Below the pieces are notes generated by a model. The model ran no database searches and was not told the origin of the DNA. It saw nothing but the letters and a program-made list of their open reading frames with translations. Shown piece by piece: positions 1 through 12,785 of a DNA stretch of 64,000 nt. Where the stretch lies: NCBI RefSeq assembly GCF_006345805.1, contig NW_021836299.1:8120-72119 (forward strand), in the 5' to 3' direction. The first letter of the stretch is position 1, and every line of letters begins with the position of its first letter. The stretch comes from Octopus sinensis (taxonomy: Eukaryota). The position numbers and the translations under genes were made by a program.

Positions 1-1378
1 TATGTGTCCGCTGACCGGTATTTTGCGGTAATCAGGGTTTCTAATTTGTGATTTATGCACCGCCATCCTGTTACGTAAGCTATTTTTTGTATGGCCTATA
101 TACTGCCTATTGCAGCCTGCGCATGTTATGACGTAAATTAAGTTTTCTGATGCGCAGGTGAAGTTTGTTCTAATGGTGAACTGGTGGCCTTGTTCCAGTA
201 TAAATTCTGATCCTTCTTTCAAGATGACACAGATTCCGCAGTTGGGCCTTCCACATTTTCTAACTGCTGGTTTTGTGGTTGATGTTGAGTGCAGTGTAGC
301 TTGGGTTAAAATCCTTTTCAAGGATTTTGGTTGCCGTTTACTTTTAATGATGGTGTGTGTTTCGAGGATCCGGTTCATCTTTGGGTCTCCCTTTAGTAGG
401 GCTGTGCTTTGTAGTATGGTGTTGAAGGCCTCATTGTTGAGTGGGTTGTGTGTAGAGATGTAGGGAAGGGTTTTTAATTGTTCTTTCTTTTTTGGTTTTG
501 TTTGTCTCAGGTCTTCTATACTTAATTTAAGTACCCGTTGGATTGCACTGTCTATTAGGGGCTGTGGATAGTTTCTATTTGTGAGTGTGGTTCTAAGTTC
601 CTGGAGACGTGTGTGTCGGGTGTGTTTGTGTCTGATATTATGGTGCAAATCCTTCTAGCTAAACAAAAAGGGACATTCATTCTAGTGTGTCGTGGGTGGC
701 ATGAATCAAGGGTAGGTACTGTTAGAGTCTGTCGGTTTATAGTAGATATCTGTCTCTATTTGTTGCCGGTCTTAATGAGGATGTCTAAAAATGGTAATTC
801 TTTTTCGTTGTGGTCCATCGTGAATTGTATATTGTCATTTATTCCATTTAATAGAATTTTAAATTCCTCAAGTTTCTCTATGCCTTTGTCCCAGATGATG
901 AAACAGTCATCGAGGTATCTTTTCCAGTTGTTATGGATATAGGTGGCGAAGGTGTTTCCATATTTCTCGAGTGTCATCCGGTATAGTATTTTCTCGAGGT
1001 ATCCCCATCACTAGGTTGGCAAAAGATGGTGCAGTACGCGTGCCCATCGCTGTTCCCGATCTTTGCCTGTAGAAATCATTGTCAAAAATAAAATAATTGT
1101 TCTCTAAAATGAATCTAAGTCCTTCTATTATAAGGTCTTTGTTTATGCGAGTTGGGAGTTCAAAGGGGTAGTTATTCAGCCAGAAGGTGATTGCTTCTAT
1201 TCCTAGGTTGTGAGGGATGTTAGAATAAAGATTAACTACGTCGAATGATACTAGAAGGGTTTTCTCATTGACTGTTTTAGGGAGGTGGTTGAGCATATCT
1301 ATATCGTCTCTTACGTAGCTTTTGATGTGTTTTAGGAAAGGTTTAAGAAGTGTGTCTAAGAAATTGCTGAGGCGGTGA
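1..1378 (-). mobile_element. Penelope-like retroelement (probably Neptune type), 5'-truncated: RT core, thumb, Cys linker and GIY-YIG endonuclease, running off the window start
   Basis: Minus-strand translation gives LVSFDVVNLYSNIP, QRSGTAMGTRTAPSFANL, WKRYLDDCF and LPFLDILI. An uninterrupted 203-codon frame (609->1, missed by the ORF track) contains CGRPNCGIC and NLIYVITCAGCNRQYIGHT. Frameshifts at ~1003, ~760, ~722, ~709 and ~612. The 5' break abuts (TA)n at 1379-1396. Confidence 0.92.
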
Positions 1379-2784
1379 ATATATATATATATATACACAT
1401 ATGCAAATTCGACGATTTGTACAAGTCAACTGGAGATTATGATGGAAAGTATTTGCTGAAAATACAAAACATTAGGCTCGCACCAAAATTATGAAACTTC
1501 GAAGTAAAATTTTTCGTTGCACACTTCATGCCCTTATTTTTCCTACTCTTTTACTTTATCTCCTAATATATACTGGGACCATGCAGTCCATCGCTAGTTT
1601 TCCCTGACTTAACTGTTTCAATATTTATAGTAATATTGTTTCACATTAAATAACATGCTTTCCCGTCTTAGACAAAATATTAAAGAACATTTTGTAAGAA
1701 GGTTATAGTTCTGTTTTAGATTTGTCCCTTAGTCTTTACTTTCCCTCAAGTCCTTTCTAACCGTGAGTGGGACTGTATGTCGAGAACTCCAGTTGTGGGT
1801 CAAATAACAGAAGATAGGGCTGTAGTTATGTCATACAGAACTCGAAAGACTAGTGGCTTCCGCACATACTTAAAAAAATACCATCTCTGTGTAGACTTGT
1901 CCTGATATTAAGTGAAACCGGCCCCTGCCTAAGAAGTAAAAAATATTTTGTATATCAATGTAAGCTCGAGAAAGCAATAAACTGGCAGAATGAACTGCAA
2001 ATATACTGGCAAAAGACAGCCGAATATCCCGGCTATCTTTCGAAAGAAAAAAATTTCAAGGCTTCATTCTAAAGACTTTGGCATGGAAATCCATGACTGC
2101 AGGCGCCTGTAGGCATGGCGCATGACGAAAGAGAAGTAAAATGTATTATCGATTTGATGATGTTCAACTTTAAAATTACTATTATATCTTACACAACGGA
2201 TCTCAGGAGCCAGGATAACAGCTTATACTTGTTGGATCGACTTCCAAGCAACAGCTGCCATAACTCACTGAAATCTCATTTCAATCAATGTTTTTAAATC
2301 GGTGTACTGTAATGGACTGGTATCAATGTGCACAGTAGATTTGTAAAAATACAATTTCAAATATAATTCAATACTGAAAAAAAAAACACTTTCTAAGACT
2401 TAAGAGTCTCGAAAATATTATTATTTCTTGTATTTTTATTCATAATTATGATTAATGGAACAAGGACAGTAATAGATTTTTCTGCGTTTAAAATACTGAA
2501 TCATAAAACAGCTTTGCTATGCTAAATGAACCCGAAATTTTATATTTGATTTTAGCGTGCCTCAAATATTGATAACCATTGACCGAACAACTTCAAAATG
2601 CATGTTAGATAATGTGGTTTTACATACACTGAGGCCGAAAAATGTGCAATATGGCAATGAATAGAATATCATGCACAAGAGGACTGGTCGCGTGAGGATT
2701 ACAATAATAACAGACATACTGAGTTGGAAATACCAGCTATATATATTCCGAATGTAAGAGAACCATTGAAAATTACTATTATTA

Positions 2785-2930
2785 TTACATCGACTCCAGT
2801 GTTTCACTGGTACTTAATTTATCGAAAGGATTAAGGGCAAAGTCGACCTCGCTGGAATTGGAACTCAGAGCATGAGGACGGACGAAATACTTCTAAGCAT
2901 TTCACCCGGCGACTCTTCAAGCTCGCCGCT
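2785..2930 (-). mobile_element. SINE family C copy (GGCGGCGAGCTGGCAG head), degenerate
   Basis: Reverse complement of GAGTTC(A)AATTCC...GAGGTCGACTTTGCC...GATAAATTAAGTACCAGT, matching the intact copy at 28385. Confidence 0.85.
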
Positions 2931-2931
<1 letters not shown>

Positions 2932-2976
<45 letters not shown>

Positions 2977-3025
2977 TCATAATAATAATAATGATAACAA
3001 TAATAATAATAATAATAATAATAAC
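2932..3025 (+). repeat. (TAA)n microsatellite, the tail of the minus-strand SINE C at 3026
   Basis: Direct reading. Confidence 0.95.
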
Positions 3026-3212
3026 AATCCTTTCTATCATAGGCACAAGACCTCAAATTTGGGGGAGAGGTACTGGTCGATTTCTTCGACCCCAGTGTTC
3101 AACTGGTACTTATTTCATCGACCCCGAAAGGCTGAAAGGCAAAGCCGACCTCGGACGAAATGCCGCTAATCGTTTTGCCCAGCGTGCTAACGATTCTGCC
3201 AGCTCGTCGCCT
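3026..3212 (-). mobile_element. SINE family C, short-tail variant ending AGAAAGGATT(ATT)n
   Basis: Same head and core as 28385-28613, but the tail is GGTCTTGTGCCTATGATAGAAAGGATT. Confidence 0.85.
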
Positions 3213-3227
3213 TCAATAATAATAATG

Positions 3228-3280
<53 letters not shown>

Positions 3281-3282
<2 letters not shown>

Positions 3283-5113
3283 CGCGCAGTATGGGTATAA
3301 AATGTTTGATAAAAATATAAATCATCTCATTTACATGGATGATTTAAAGCTTTTTGCAAAAAATGACCAACAACTCAAGGGCTTACTAGCGATAGTCAAA
3401 CAATTCAGTGACGACATCAGAATGCAATTCGGCCTCGATAAATGTGCAAAAGCTACCTTTATCAAAGGAAAAATGACAGAAACATCTAACGTTAACCTTG
3501 ACCAGCAGAATGTCATAAAAGAACTAGACCCAGCGGAGAGCTACAAGTACCTAGGGGTAATTGAAGGGAACGGAATAAGGCATTCAGAGATGAAGGAAAG
3601 GATCAGGAGAGAATGCTATCGAGAGTGAGAGCAATACTCAAGACAGAGCTGAATGCAAGAAACAGGATCGAAGCGATCAATGCATTAGCCATACCAGTCG
3701 TGACTTACAGTTTCAATATTGTTAACTGGTCAATTACTGAAATATGACAGCTCGACAGAAAAATAAGGAAACTGTTGACAATGCATAGAATGCACCACCC
3801 TAAGGCAGATACAGAACGACTCTATCTGCAAAGAAAAGAGGGAGGACGTGGTCTTTTGCAACTGGCAATAACAATGAAGATTGCTACAATTCGCCTAGAC
3901 ACCTACCTGAAAAACTCTGAGGACTGGATGTTAAAACTTGTCTCAAAACATGAAAACAAGAAAGCATCATACTCAGTCACAAAACAGGCAAAGGAATATC
4001 TAAGTGAATTCCGAATACAACCAATTTCGGAATTAGAGATAGGCATACAAGAAACAAGCACAGAAAAAGCTAGGCGCATTAAAACCCGTGCCAAAACTGC
4101 GGCCTTAGATATTCTGAATAATAAATGGCAAGAAAAACCTCTCTATGGCAAATACCCAAAGAGAGCGAATAATGCAGATATTGACAAAGCCCTGATCCAT
4201 CAATGGCTAATGGCCTCTGGCTTAAAATCTGAAACAGAGGGGTTTATCATAGCAGCTCACGATCAATGCCTACCAACAAGAAACTACCAGGCCAACATAT
4301 TAAAGAACGGCAGTAGCCCAACATGTCGTGTATGCCGACAACAAAATGAAACCATTGATCATGTTGTCTCCAAATGCAGTCTTCTAGCGCCTACAGAGTA
4401 CCTCAACAGGCATGATAGAGCTGCACAATATATTCACTGGGTAATTTGCAAAAACCTGGACTTGCCCTATGAAAAAAACTGGTGGGAACACAATCCACCT
4501 CCAGTGCTTGAAAATGACCACATCTCACTCCTCTGGAACTTCACCATTCAAACTGACAGGAAGATAGATGCAAATAGGCCAGACATCATATTGAAAGACT
4601 TCAGACAAAGAACATGCCTCCTCATTGATATGACTGTCCCAATCGATATAAACGTATCTGTCAAGACCTACCAAAAACTGAGCAAATATAAAGATCTTGA
4701 AATAGAAATCAGCAAAATGTGAAAGCTGAAGACTAAAACAATACCTGTTGTCATAGGTGCCCTGGGAATGATAGCGAAAGGGACTAATTGCTACCTAACT
4801 CAGATACCAGGAAACCCCCAAATGGCAGAAATTCAAAAGATAGTACTCATGGGAACTGTTCATATCCTACGCAAAATACTCTCTATGTAATCCCAAGGTT
4901 TAAAACAAACTTCTTTTTATTTATTTATTTATTTTTTAAATTTTATTTTATTTATTTTTTTTATGTATTAGGCATTCACTAGTACAACACCAAAAAAAAA
5001 GAAAAACAAGAAAACCAAATATATGGCACAGAACTTCCAACCTGTTGTCTCTTGAGGTCTCTGGGTGAGACTTGGAGCCAATTTGTACAGACATAAAGCA
5101 AAAGTCAAACATA

Positions 5114-5114
<1 letters not shown>
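3281..5114 (+). mobile_element. R4/Dong-clade non-LTR retrotransposon, family A, 5'-truncated (RT C-terminus, CCHC knuckle, restriction-like endonuclease, 3' UTR)
   Basis: HLIYMDDLKLFA, CRVCRQQNETIDHVVSKC, RHD, RPDIILKD...LIDMTVP...KLSKYKDL. The reading frame ends ~4889. (TAA)n lies directly on both sides (3214-3280, 5115-5168). One frameshift at ~3622 and two TGA stops. Confidence 0.9.
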
Positions 5115-5170
<56 letters not shown>

Positions 5171-5191
5171 TGATGATGATGATGATGATGA

Positions 5192-5977
5192 TAGAAGCCA
5201 GGTTATAGATGCAGAGGATTGACCTGAAGATAGAAATAGAAGTACTTATATGCGCGACACAAGAACAAGTGTTAAAGACGAACTATGTGAAGTGTAGAAT
5301 TTAACAACACAGCTAAGAGCCACAAATGCAGAATGTGTGGTGACAGTGGTGAAACAGTATAACAAATTATTAGCGAATGCCCGAAATTGGCACAAAGCGA
5401 TTACAATGCGGCAAGTATGATTCTTTGGGAACTCTGAGGAAATCACGGCCTAAATAGAGCAAAGACCAAAGACGTGGTATGACCAAATCCCAGGAGGAAT
5501 TACCGAGAATGAAGACTGAAAAATCCTGTGGGATGCAATAATTCAGTGTGTCCATCAGATCAGATATCGGAACCCTAATATTGTTCTAGTGAATGATAAA
5601 GAAAAAAAACTTTCATGATGATGGACATAGCACGTCCCGGTGACAACAGGATCAAACAGAAAGAAGAAAAACTGAATAACTATGACGATTTGAAGTGGGG
5701 AAATACGAAGGTTGTGGTTAATGAGAAGAGTAGACGTGATACCGATAGTAATTGGCGCACTTGGGAGTATCACCACTCAACTATTAACATGGCTCAAAAA
5801 GACTGGTACAAATGTAAAGATGGAACGCCTACAAAATTCATCATTGCTTGGAACTGTAAGAGTTCTCTGCAGGGTTCTTGAAGCATAATCACTAAACAAG
5901 TATAACCTCAGTCTGCTGGTTGTTGGCAGCTGACACTTTCCATCATATTCAGCAAAATAAGGTTAGAGTTTGCATCA

Positions 5978-5978
<1 letters not shown>
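5192..5978 (+). mobile_element. R4/Dong-clade fragment, family C, old and degenerate 3' end
   Basis: Frame-broken KCRMCGDSGETV*QIISECPKLAQSDY, RYRNPNIVLV...MMMDIARPGDNRIKQKEEKL...Y.DL, IVIGALG, LGTVRVLCRVLEA*, then a ~95-nt UTR and (TAA)n. Confidence 0.8.
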
Positions 5979-6050
<72 letters not shown>

Positions 6051-6052
<2 letters not shown>

Positions 6053-6264
6053 CCTTTCTACTAAAAACACAAGGCCTGAATTTTTTAGGGAGAAGACTAG
6101 TCGATTGCATCGATCCCAATGTTTCATTGGTACTTAATTTATCGACCCCGAAAGGATAAAAGGCATAGTGGACCTCGGCAGAATTTGAACCCACAACGTG
6201 AAGAGGGATGAAATGCCGCTAAGCATTTCGCCCGGCGTGCTAACGATACTGCCAGCGCGCCGCC
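6051..6264 (-). mobile_element. SINE family C, short-tail variant
   Basis: Head GGCGGCGCGCTGGCAGTATCGTTAGCACGCCGGGCGAAATGC and tail AGTAGAAAGGATTATC(ATT)n on the minus strand. Confidence 0.87.
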
Positions 6265-6265
6265 T

Positions 6266-6270
6266 TAATA

Positions 6271-6329
<59 letters not shown>

Positions 6330-6600
6330 GATGATGATGATGGTGATCAAGATGATGGTGATCAAGATGATGGAGCTGATGGTGATAACGATGACGACGA
6401 CGATGACGATGACGACAACGACGATGATGATGACGATGATGATGATAAGGACAATGCTGATGACAGCGGTGTTGACGACGACGACGACAACGTCGACGAC
6501 GGCGATGTGGAAAATAATGTTGATGACGATGATCCTGAAGACCACCACAACCTCGACCGTGGTGGTGATGATGATGATGATGATGAAGATGATGATGATA
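6266..6600 (+). repeat. (TAA)n followed by a GAT/GAC/GGT trinucleotide mosaic
   Basis: Direct reading; explains the ORFs at 6198-6704, 6240-6548, 6271-6639 and 6362-6679. Confidence 0.9.
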
Positions 6601-7554
6601 GCGATCTTTCTACAAAAGGCACAAGGCCTGAAATTTTGAACCCAATGCTATACTGGTATAATTTTATCGAAAAGGTCACTCAATATCTTGCGAAATTTAG
6701 TTAGAAATCATAACACTTGCCACACCTAAAACAATACCTTTCATTTCATCGGTGCTCTCAGCCATTAAAGTTGCAAGTTTACAATTCAGGACGTGCAACA
6801 AACGACCAAACCCAAGAATAATATGTGTAAAAAAAACATCAAATTTGGGACGAGAAAGTACAAAGCAAGAACTTCGATTCGTTTTTCGGCTTTGTATGAT
6901 AATGTACTAATAGCAAATCACACCACAATATATGTTTGTATGTATATACACATACGTATCATGTATTCACGTGTAAATATGTGTGTGTGTATGTGCATGT
7001 TCAAAGACTCACAAACACAGAAGAAAAACATATATTTATATATAATTGCATGTGCGTTTACATATATGCATGAATAGGTGCTCAGCGCTTGACCTTTAGT
7101 CTCTTAGAATATTTTAGCGAGTGATCAGACATATTGACACCTACGTGACATTCAGTAAAAGAGCGGAACTTTTCGCTCAACACCATGTCCCAGAAAACGG
7201 CTGTCTGGAAGCTTATCTCCTTATGTTAATTTCTTGCCACATATACATGCACGCATTTACATACAGCTATTTCCATACACATATACACACTTATACATAC
7301 GTATGTGTGTGTGCGCGCGCGCGTGCATTTGAGTGGATAGGGAATGGTGTATTCTAACCATGAGTTTCTGGGTAAGAGTAACACATATGATCAGCTTTAT
7401 GCGTTTGGTAATGATGCATTCATCTATATTTAAATAAGGTTTATAGGGTTCATGTAATATACCATGTGGTTTGTAATTGTTTACTTGGTGCTGCCTCTTA
7501 TAGTATCTATGTGGATAACGCTGTATAGATTTGTTTTTGATCAACATTTAACAG

Positions 7555-7650
7555 TAAACTGGAAAAGATTCCTGCGCTAGATTGGAAAACCTTAATGAGA
7601 AGAGAAACATCAAAATCAGGAATGCCAGAACATGAATTTGGTGCGAGTAG
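7555..7650 (+). CDS. Candidate 96-nt internal exon of an unidentified host gene (KLEKIPALDWKTLMRRETSKSGMPEHEFGAS)
   Basis: Unique sequence bounded by TTTGATCAACATTTAACAG| and AG|GTAAGC. Length divisible by 3, one open frame (phase 2/2). No homology recognised. Confidence 0.3.
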
Positions 7651-8496
7651 GTAAGCATATAAATTCCCATAATTGGAAACTTTAGAAAAATCAAAAACGC
7701 CGTATATATATAATATTTGCCGATAACCCAATCAGTTAAACTAAGCACTCATATTATTAGCTCAATATTGCTATCTTTATTGAAAGAAGATATTAAATAA
7801 CATAAATATTATATCAAATAAAATCTTATTTTAATCCAGTTTTGTACTATTAACATCATATCCATGAATAAGACAATTGTCGAAGATCGGAGATCAAACC
7901 GATCGAAATCTAGTGAATATATAGATAATTGCAAAAACGTTTCATCTCTTAAAATGAGCTTAATAGTACGAAAAATTATAATTTTATGTGTATGTATAAT
8001 GAGGTGAAACCGAATAGCTTGGTGATGAAGCCGGCGGTTTCATGATCGTAACATCATGTTGTCTATTCCCGCAGCGGTTGATGTTTCTTGTACAAGGACA
8101 TAGTACTTCCTTACTCTTACAGTACTGTCAGCACAAAGGGCAAAGAGCCTTCTCCAAACATGTCAATTGCTCGCTTTCCTTTCAGTCTCACTCAGGCCAA
8201 CTCCTATTGTGGTCGTGTCGTCTCGTACGTACTGCGCCTCATTCCACTCGATTTCTTCCCCCTCCTTCTGGCATCGACTCCATCACGATAGTAACATATC
8301 TCTCCTGCAGTAGTCGAAGCACATCATCAGTAAAACATATCAGCTGCTGAGTCATTACGTCCAACAAACTTCCCATGCCTGCTCTTCACATCACCTCTTC
8401 CTTTCTCGTTCTGCCCGGTCGGGTTGCCCAGAAGCGAAGGTACTCGTAGGCAGTGTCGATGGAATATGTCCAGCAGTTGAGAGATGTTTTTTTTAT

Positions 8497-8888
8497 TCTT
8501 CTACTTGTCTCACCCATTTGACTGTGGCCACGCTGGAGCACCGCCTTTTATCGAACAAATCGATCCCAGTACTTATTCTTTGTAAGCCTAGTACTTATTG
8601 TATCGCTCTCATTTGCTGAACCGCTAAGTTACGGGGACGCAAACACACCAGCATCGGTTGTCAAGCGATGGTGGTGGGGGTAGAAACACAGATACACAAA
8701 TACACTCACACACACACACACATACATTATACGACGGGCTTCTTTCAGTTTCCGAATACCAAATCGACTCGCAAAGTTTTGGTCGGCTTGAGGCTACAGT
8801 AGAAGACACTTGCCCAGTGAGTCACGCAGTGGGACTGAACCTAGAACCATGTGGTTTGGAAGCGAGTTTCTTACAACACAGCCGCTCC
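8497..8888 (-). mobile_element. SINE family B (tRNA-like head, CORE-like CCTTGGGCAAGTGTCTT segment, internal microsatellite, conserved tail)
   Basis: Reverse complement of the consensus seen at 27103 and 61965. Confidence 0.88.
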
Positions 8889-9046
8889 TATTGGGTATCA
8901 CCCTCCAGGTTCCCCAGGCATAGATGGCAGTTGGCGTAACAATTGATCTTGGTTATTCGGACTAAATTTGAAACGCAATATCACATCCAGTAATAAAGAT
9001 GAAAAAAAAAACAACTATCAACTAGACTATGTTGGGAGATAACAGT

Positions 9047-9500
9047 TTACTCAAAGTGGCCATCCTCAACTTCCACCACAGCCTCAAGACGGCTTCGGAA
9101 CCTGGCACTTGCGTTCATCACTGTGTCTCTGGGAAGATCTTCGTACATCTCCTTCAACTTGGACGCAAACTAGGCCTTGATGCTACAGGTAGATTGATTG
9201 GCATCTTTCTCAACCGCATCTAATAGATAGTAGCCTAGTAGATTACAATTGGGGTAATTCACAGGCCAGAATTTGGGGCTGGTAAAGTCGTAGAGATTCT
9301 TCGACAACCACTTCTGATTATTTCCTGTTTTATGGTAAGTAGTCGAATATTGTTGCCAAACAGGTAGCCTTTCAGTAGCAACCCTCTCCAACCAGAGACA
9401 GATCATAGTGTCCAGCCATCTGAATTGAGCCTAGAGCGCTGTTCAAAGATGTAGGCAGTATGACGTCACCCTCACCAATCTTCTTCTAAGGCCTCTGTTA
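9047..9500 (-). pseudogene. Tc1/mariner-superfamily transposase remnant (C-terminal catalytic region, maT-like)
   Basis: GEGDVILP..FEQ..RLNSDG, WLERVATERLPVWQQYS, WLSKNLYDFTSPKFWPVNYPNCNLLGYY (the WPxNSPDxNPxDY motif, decayed), ARFRSRLEAVVEVEDGHFE*. Confidence 0.82.
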
Positions 9501-10340
9501 TATGACATCGTTGGTCACTACTTCTCTGTTCTCTTCGACAAAACAAATGAATACATAGTTGTAATATATTCTACTTCTGTATTACAGAGTGTCACTAACC
9601 CATACATCGTGTATGTATTTTATCAATAAAACAAGTTCATCAAAATCTTGCAAAACCTATGTTTCTATAAACAACAATATTTGGATTATTTGTGCTACGC
9701 AAGAAAGATTTATAAAATATTTATGAGAACGTGTTACTAATACATCGGGTGACGGAGGTAACTAAAAGACAAAATCATGTTATTGCTCAGTTAGATGTGC
9801 AAAGGTCAGCGTCCGAAATGCTTTACATTTTGTAGAGCTTCAGAAATGAGTAGAGTGAAGAGAGGATGGTCCTCAAACCGGGGCCGTTGCTTGAATCATT
9901 GTAAGAGAAGATAAATGCTTCCAATACGGATACCCAACAGCCAAATGGCGATGTTAAACTGAGCAACGGTCTAAGTCTACTACCTAAAAATGGCTGCAGG
10001 TTTTCAAATAAGTTCCCGCATATTTTTCATCTCTCCAAACTTCATTCACGAGGTTTGGGGTTGACCTAAGCGCTGCAGCATATATCAATTTCCCAAGGTC
10101 CTGCCTGGTGTGTTCTAAGACTTCTCCTGAATGACCATAACTATGCTGAAATTGTTTTATTTCTTAGCAAAGATAAATTCTTAATGCAGTTATACAGATC
10201 GCATTTGATATGATATCGTCCTTCACGGAGAGCATTTTGCTGATAGCTATTATTTACTTGCGTGTGGTGATAAGATAAGGCTGTGCTACATTTATCTGTT
10301 TCAGGAGAATAGACATTTTGTATGCTATATCCCATACGTT

Positions 10341-11230
10341 TTACCCAGCAGTAGTTATCATGTAGGCTATGACAATGCTTCTGTGTGGCGTGGATTTTAC
10401 CGTCCTAGGTTCGATGTGCACACCAATCGTGTCCTTCACCTCTTTTATTCCATCTTCTCGTCTTCCATTTCCTCCATCATTCTCTCTGCCTCTTGCTCCT
10501 CCTCTCATCATCATCACGATCGTGATCACGATCATAATTATCAGTTTTGTCAAGATTATTATCAACTTTGTAGTCGTGGTATTTTTATTTATCATCGACG
10601 TCGTCGTCGCTATCGTTTTCATCTCCTTCCTTAACATCATCGTCATCATCGTTGTTATCGTTGCTTCCTCCTCCTCCTCTTCGTCATCATCCTCATCACC
10701 ATCATCGTCATCATCGTCGTCGTCGTTGTCATCATCATCATCATCGGCGTTATCCGTAGCAAGTCCATCAGCTTTTATCATAGTTCATCTTTTCATTACA
10801 CGCTCGCCTTTACCGCTAAATTCCTCCACCCCCTACAAATACCCTATCCCTGACTCCTCATCCTCCCCCTACCACTTTTCGCACATTTCATTTCCAAACG
10901 TTACTCCTAACTTACCAGAACCCCGAACTAATTACAAACCAAAGTTACTAATACAACCACTAAAGCAAAAGTCAGCAGCAGTAGGAATGGAAAAGGTGGA
11001 GGAGGAGGAGGAGAAGAAGAAGAAGAAGAAGAAGAAGAAGAAGAAGAAGAAGAAGAAGAAGAAGAAAAGGAAGAAGAAGAAAAACTAGAACGACGCCAGC
11101 AACAACAACAACAAAAGGAAGATAAACAACTAATACCACAGCTAAATCAAAAACGAAGTGGTGAAGAAGAAAAGTACCAGTAGTAGTAGTAGTAGTAGTA
11201 AGTAGTAGTAGTAGTAGTAGTAGCAGCACC
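10341..11230 (+). repeat. CAT/CGT trinucleotide mosaic, (GGA)(GAA)n and (TAG)n tracts
   Basis: Direct reading; source of the ORFs at 10341-11295. Confidence 0.9.
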
Positions 11231-11539
11231 AGCAGCAGCAACGGCGGCAGCTGCCGACATATCGGAACGGCGGTTAGGTGAGGCGATAAAACCACTAATT
11301 ATACATTAGTGAAAAATCAATACTAGTATCTGCTGTATAATTGTATACTAGGCGGAAGTTGTTGATTTTAATTGAATTGTGGGATAGAATTAAAAACATC
11401 ACGAAAGATAGTCCGGGCGCCTGGCTGGGTTTAGTTAGTATTTGTGAACGAAAGATCTGAGGAATTTGTGGTTGTCTGTTCTCCCGTCTCTCTACTAACT
11501 TTGTCCTCTAACTAATCGGTTGCCCGATTGGCTAAACAT

Positions 11540-11547
11540 CCATCCAT

Positions 11548-11634
<87 letters not shown>

Positions 11635-11806
11635 ATTCTATCTATCTATCTATCTATCTATCTACCTATCTATCTATCTATCTATCTATCTATCGATCTA
11701 TCTATCTATCTATTATAACATGTGCAATATGTATGCGTGTGCTGGTGTATTTGTGTGTACATATATATGCCTGTATATGTGTGTCTGTATATACATGTGC
11801 ATATAT

Positions 11807-11880
<74 letters not shown>
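11540..11880 (+). repeat. (ATCT)n and (AT)n microsatellites
   Basis: Direct reading. Confidence 0.95.
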
Positions 11881-11884
<4 letters not shown>

Positions 11885-12043
11885 ATGTATGCATGTGTGT
11901 TTGTATCTACACATACTTCCATATACAAGTATGTACATGTAAAAGTATATATTTTATATGCAGATAATTCTTTGTTCAGTCAGTGACCAATGGTTTCGCA
12001 ACCATAAAGGGCCTAGCCCCATGGAGGACTCGTCATACATTCA

Positions 12044-12102
<59 letters not shown>

Positions 12103-12420
12103 CGTTTAAATATTTGTTGTGCAAGATTTTTTACTAAGATACAAATATTACAGGCATCCCCCCCACACACTAAATAAACATAGACGCACATAGAGATATA
12201 AGCATGCGCAAATGAAGACATACAATAGAAATACAAAATGGCTGACGGTTAGTAAGGAGAGACACAAGTAAGTGAGAAGAAAACAAAGGACCACTGATGC
12301 GGTCACAGGAGTGTGACGAAAAAATAAATATCACTGAAGCAAAATAACCCCAAATATATAGTGCGTGTGTTTTTATTGGCTAAACTGGCAATATGACCAT
12401 TCCGAAATATAACAATATAT

Positions 12421-12566
12421 ATATATACATACACGCATATATGTGTGCGTGCGTGTATACCCATGTGTGTACAGGTATGCATTGGGAATCCTTACTTTTT
12501 GAAGCTATGGATTCGTTTTCCTGGCATACATAATACATACGTACATACATACATACATACATGCAT

Positions 12567-12661
<95 letters not shown>

Positions 12662-12785
12662 CACGCATATATGTGTGCGTGCGTGTATACCCATGTGTGT
12701 ACAGGTATGCATTGGGAATCCTTACTTTTTGAAGCTATGGATTCGTTTTCCTGGCATACATACATACATACGTACATACATACAT
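12421..12785 (+). repeat. Near-perfect direct duplication (period 230 bp) of a ~110-bp unique core between microsatellites
   Basis: ACACGCATATATGTGTGCGTGCG...GAAGCTATGGATTCGTTTTCCTGGCATACATA starts at both 12431 and 12661. Confidence 0.92.
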
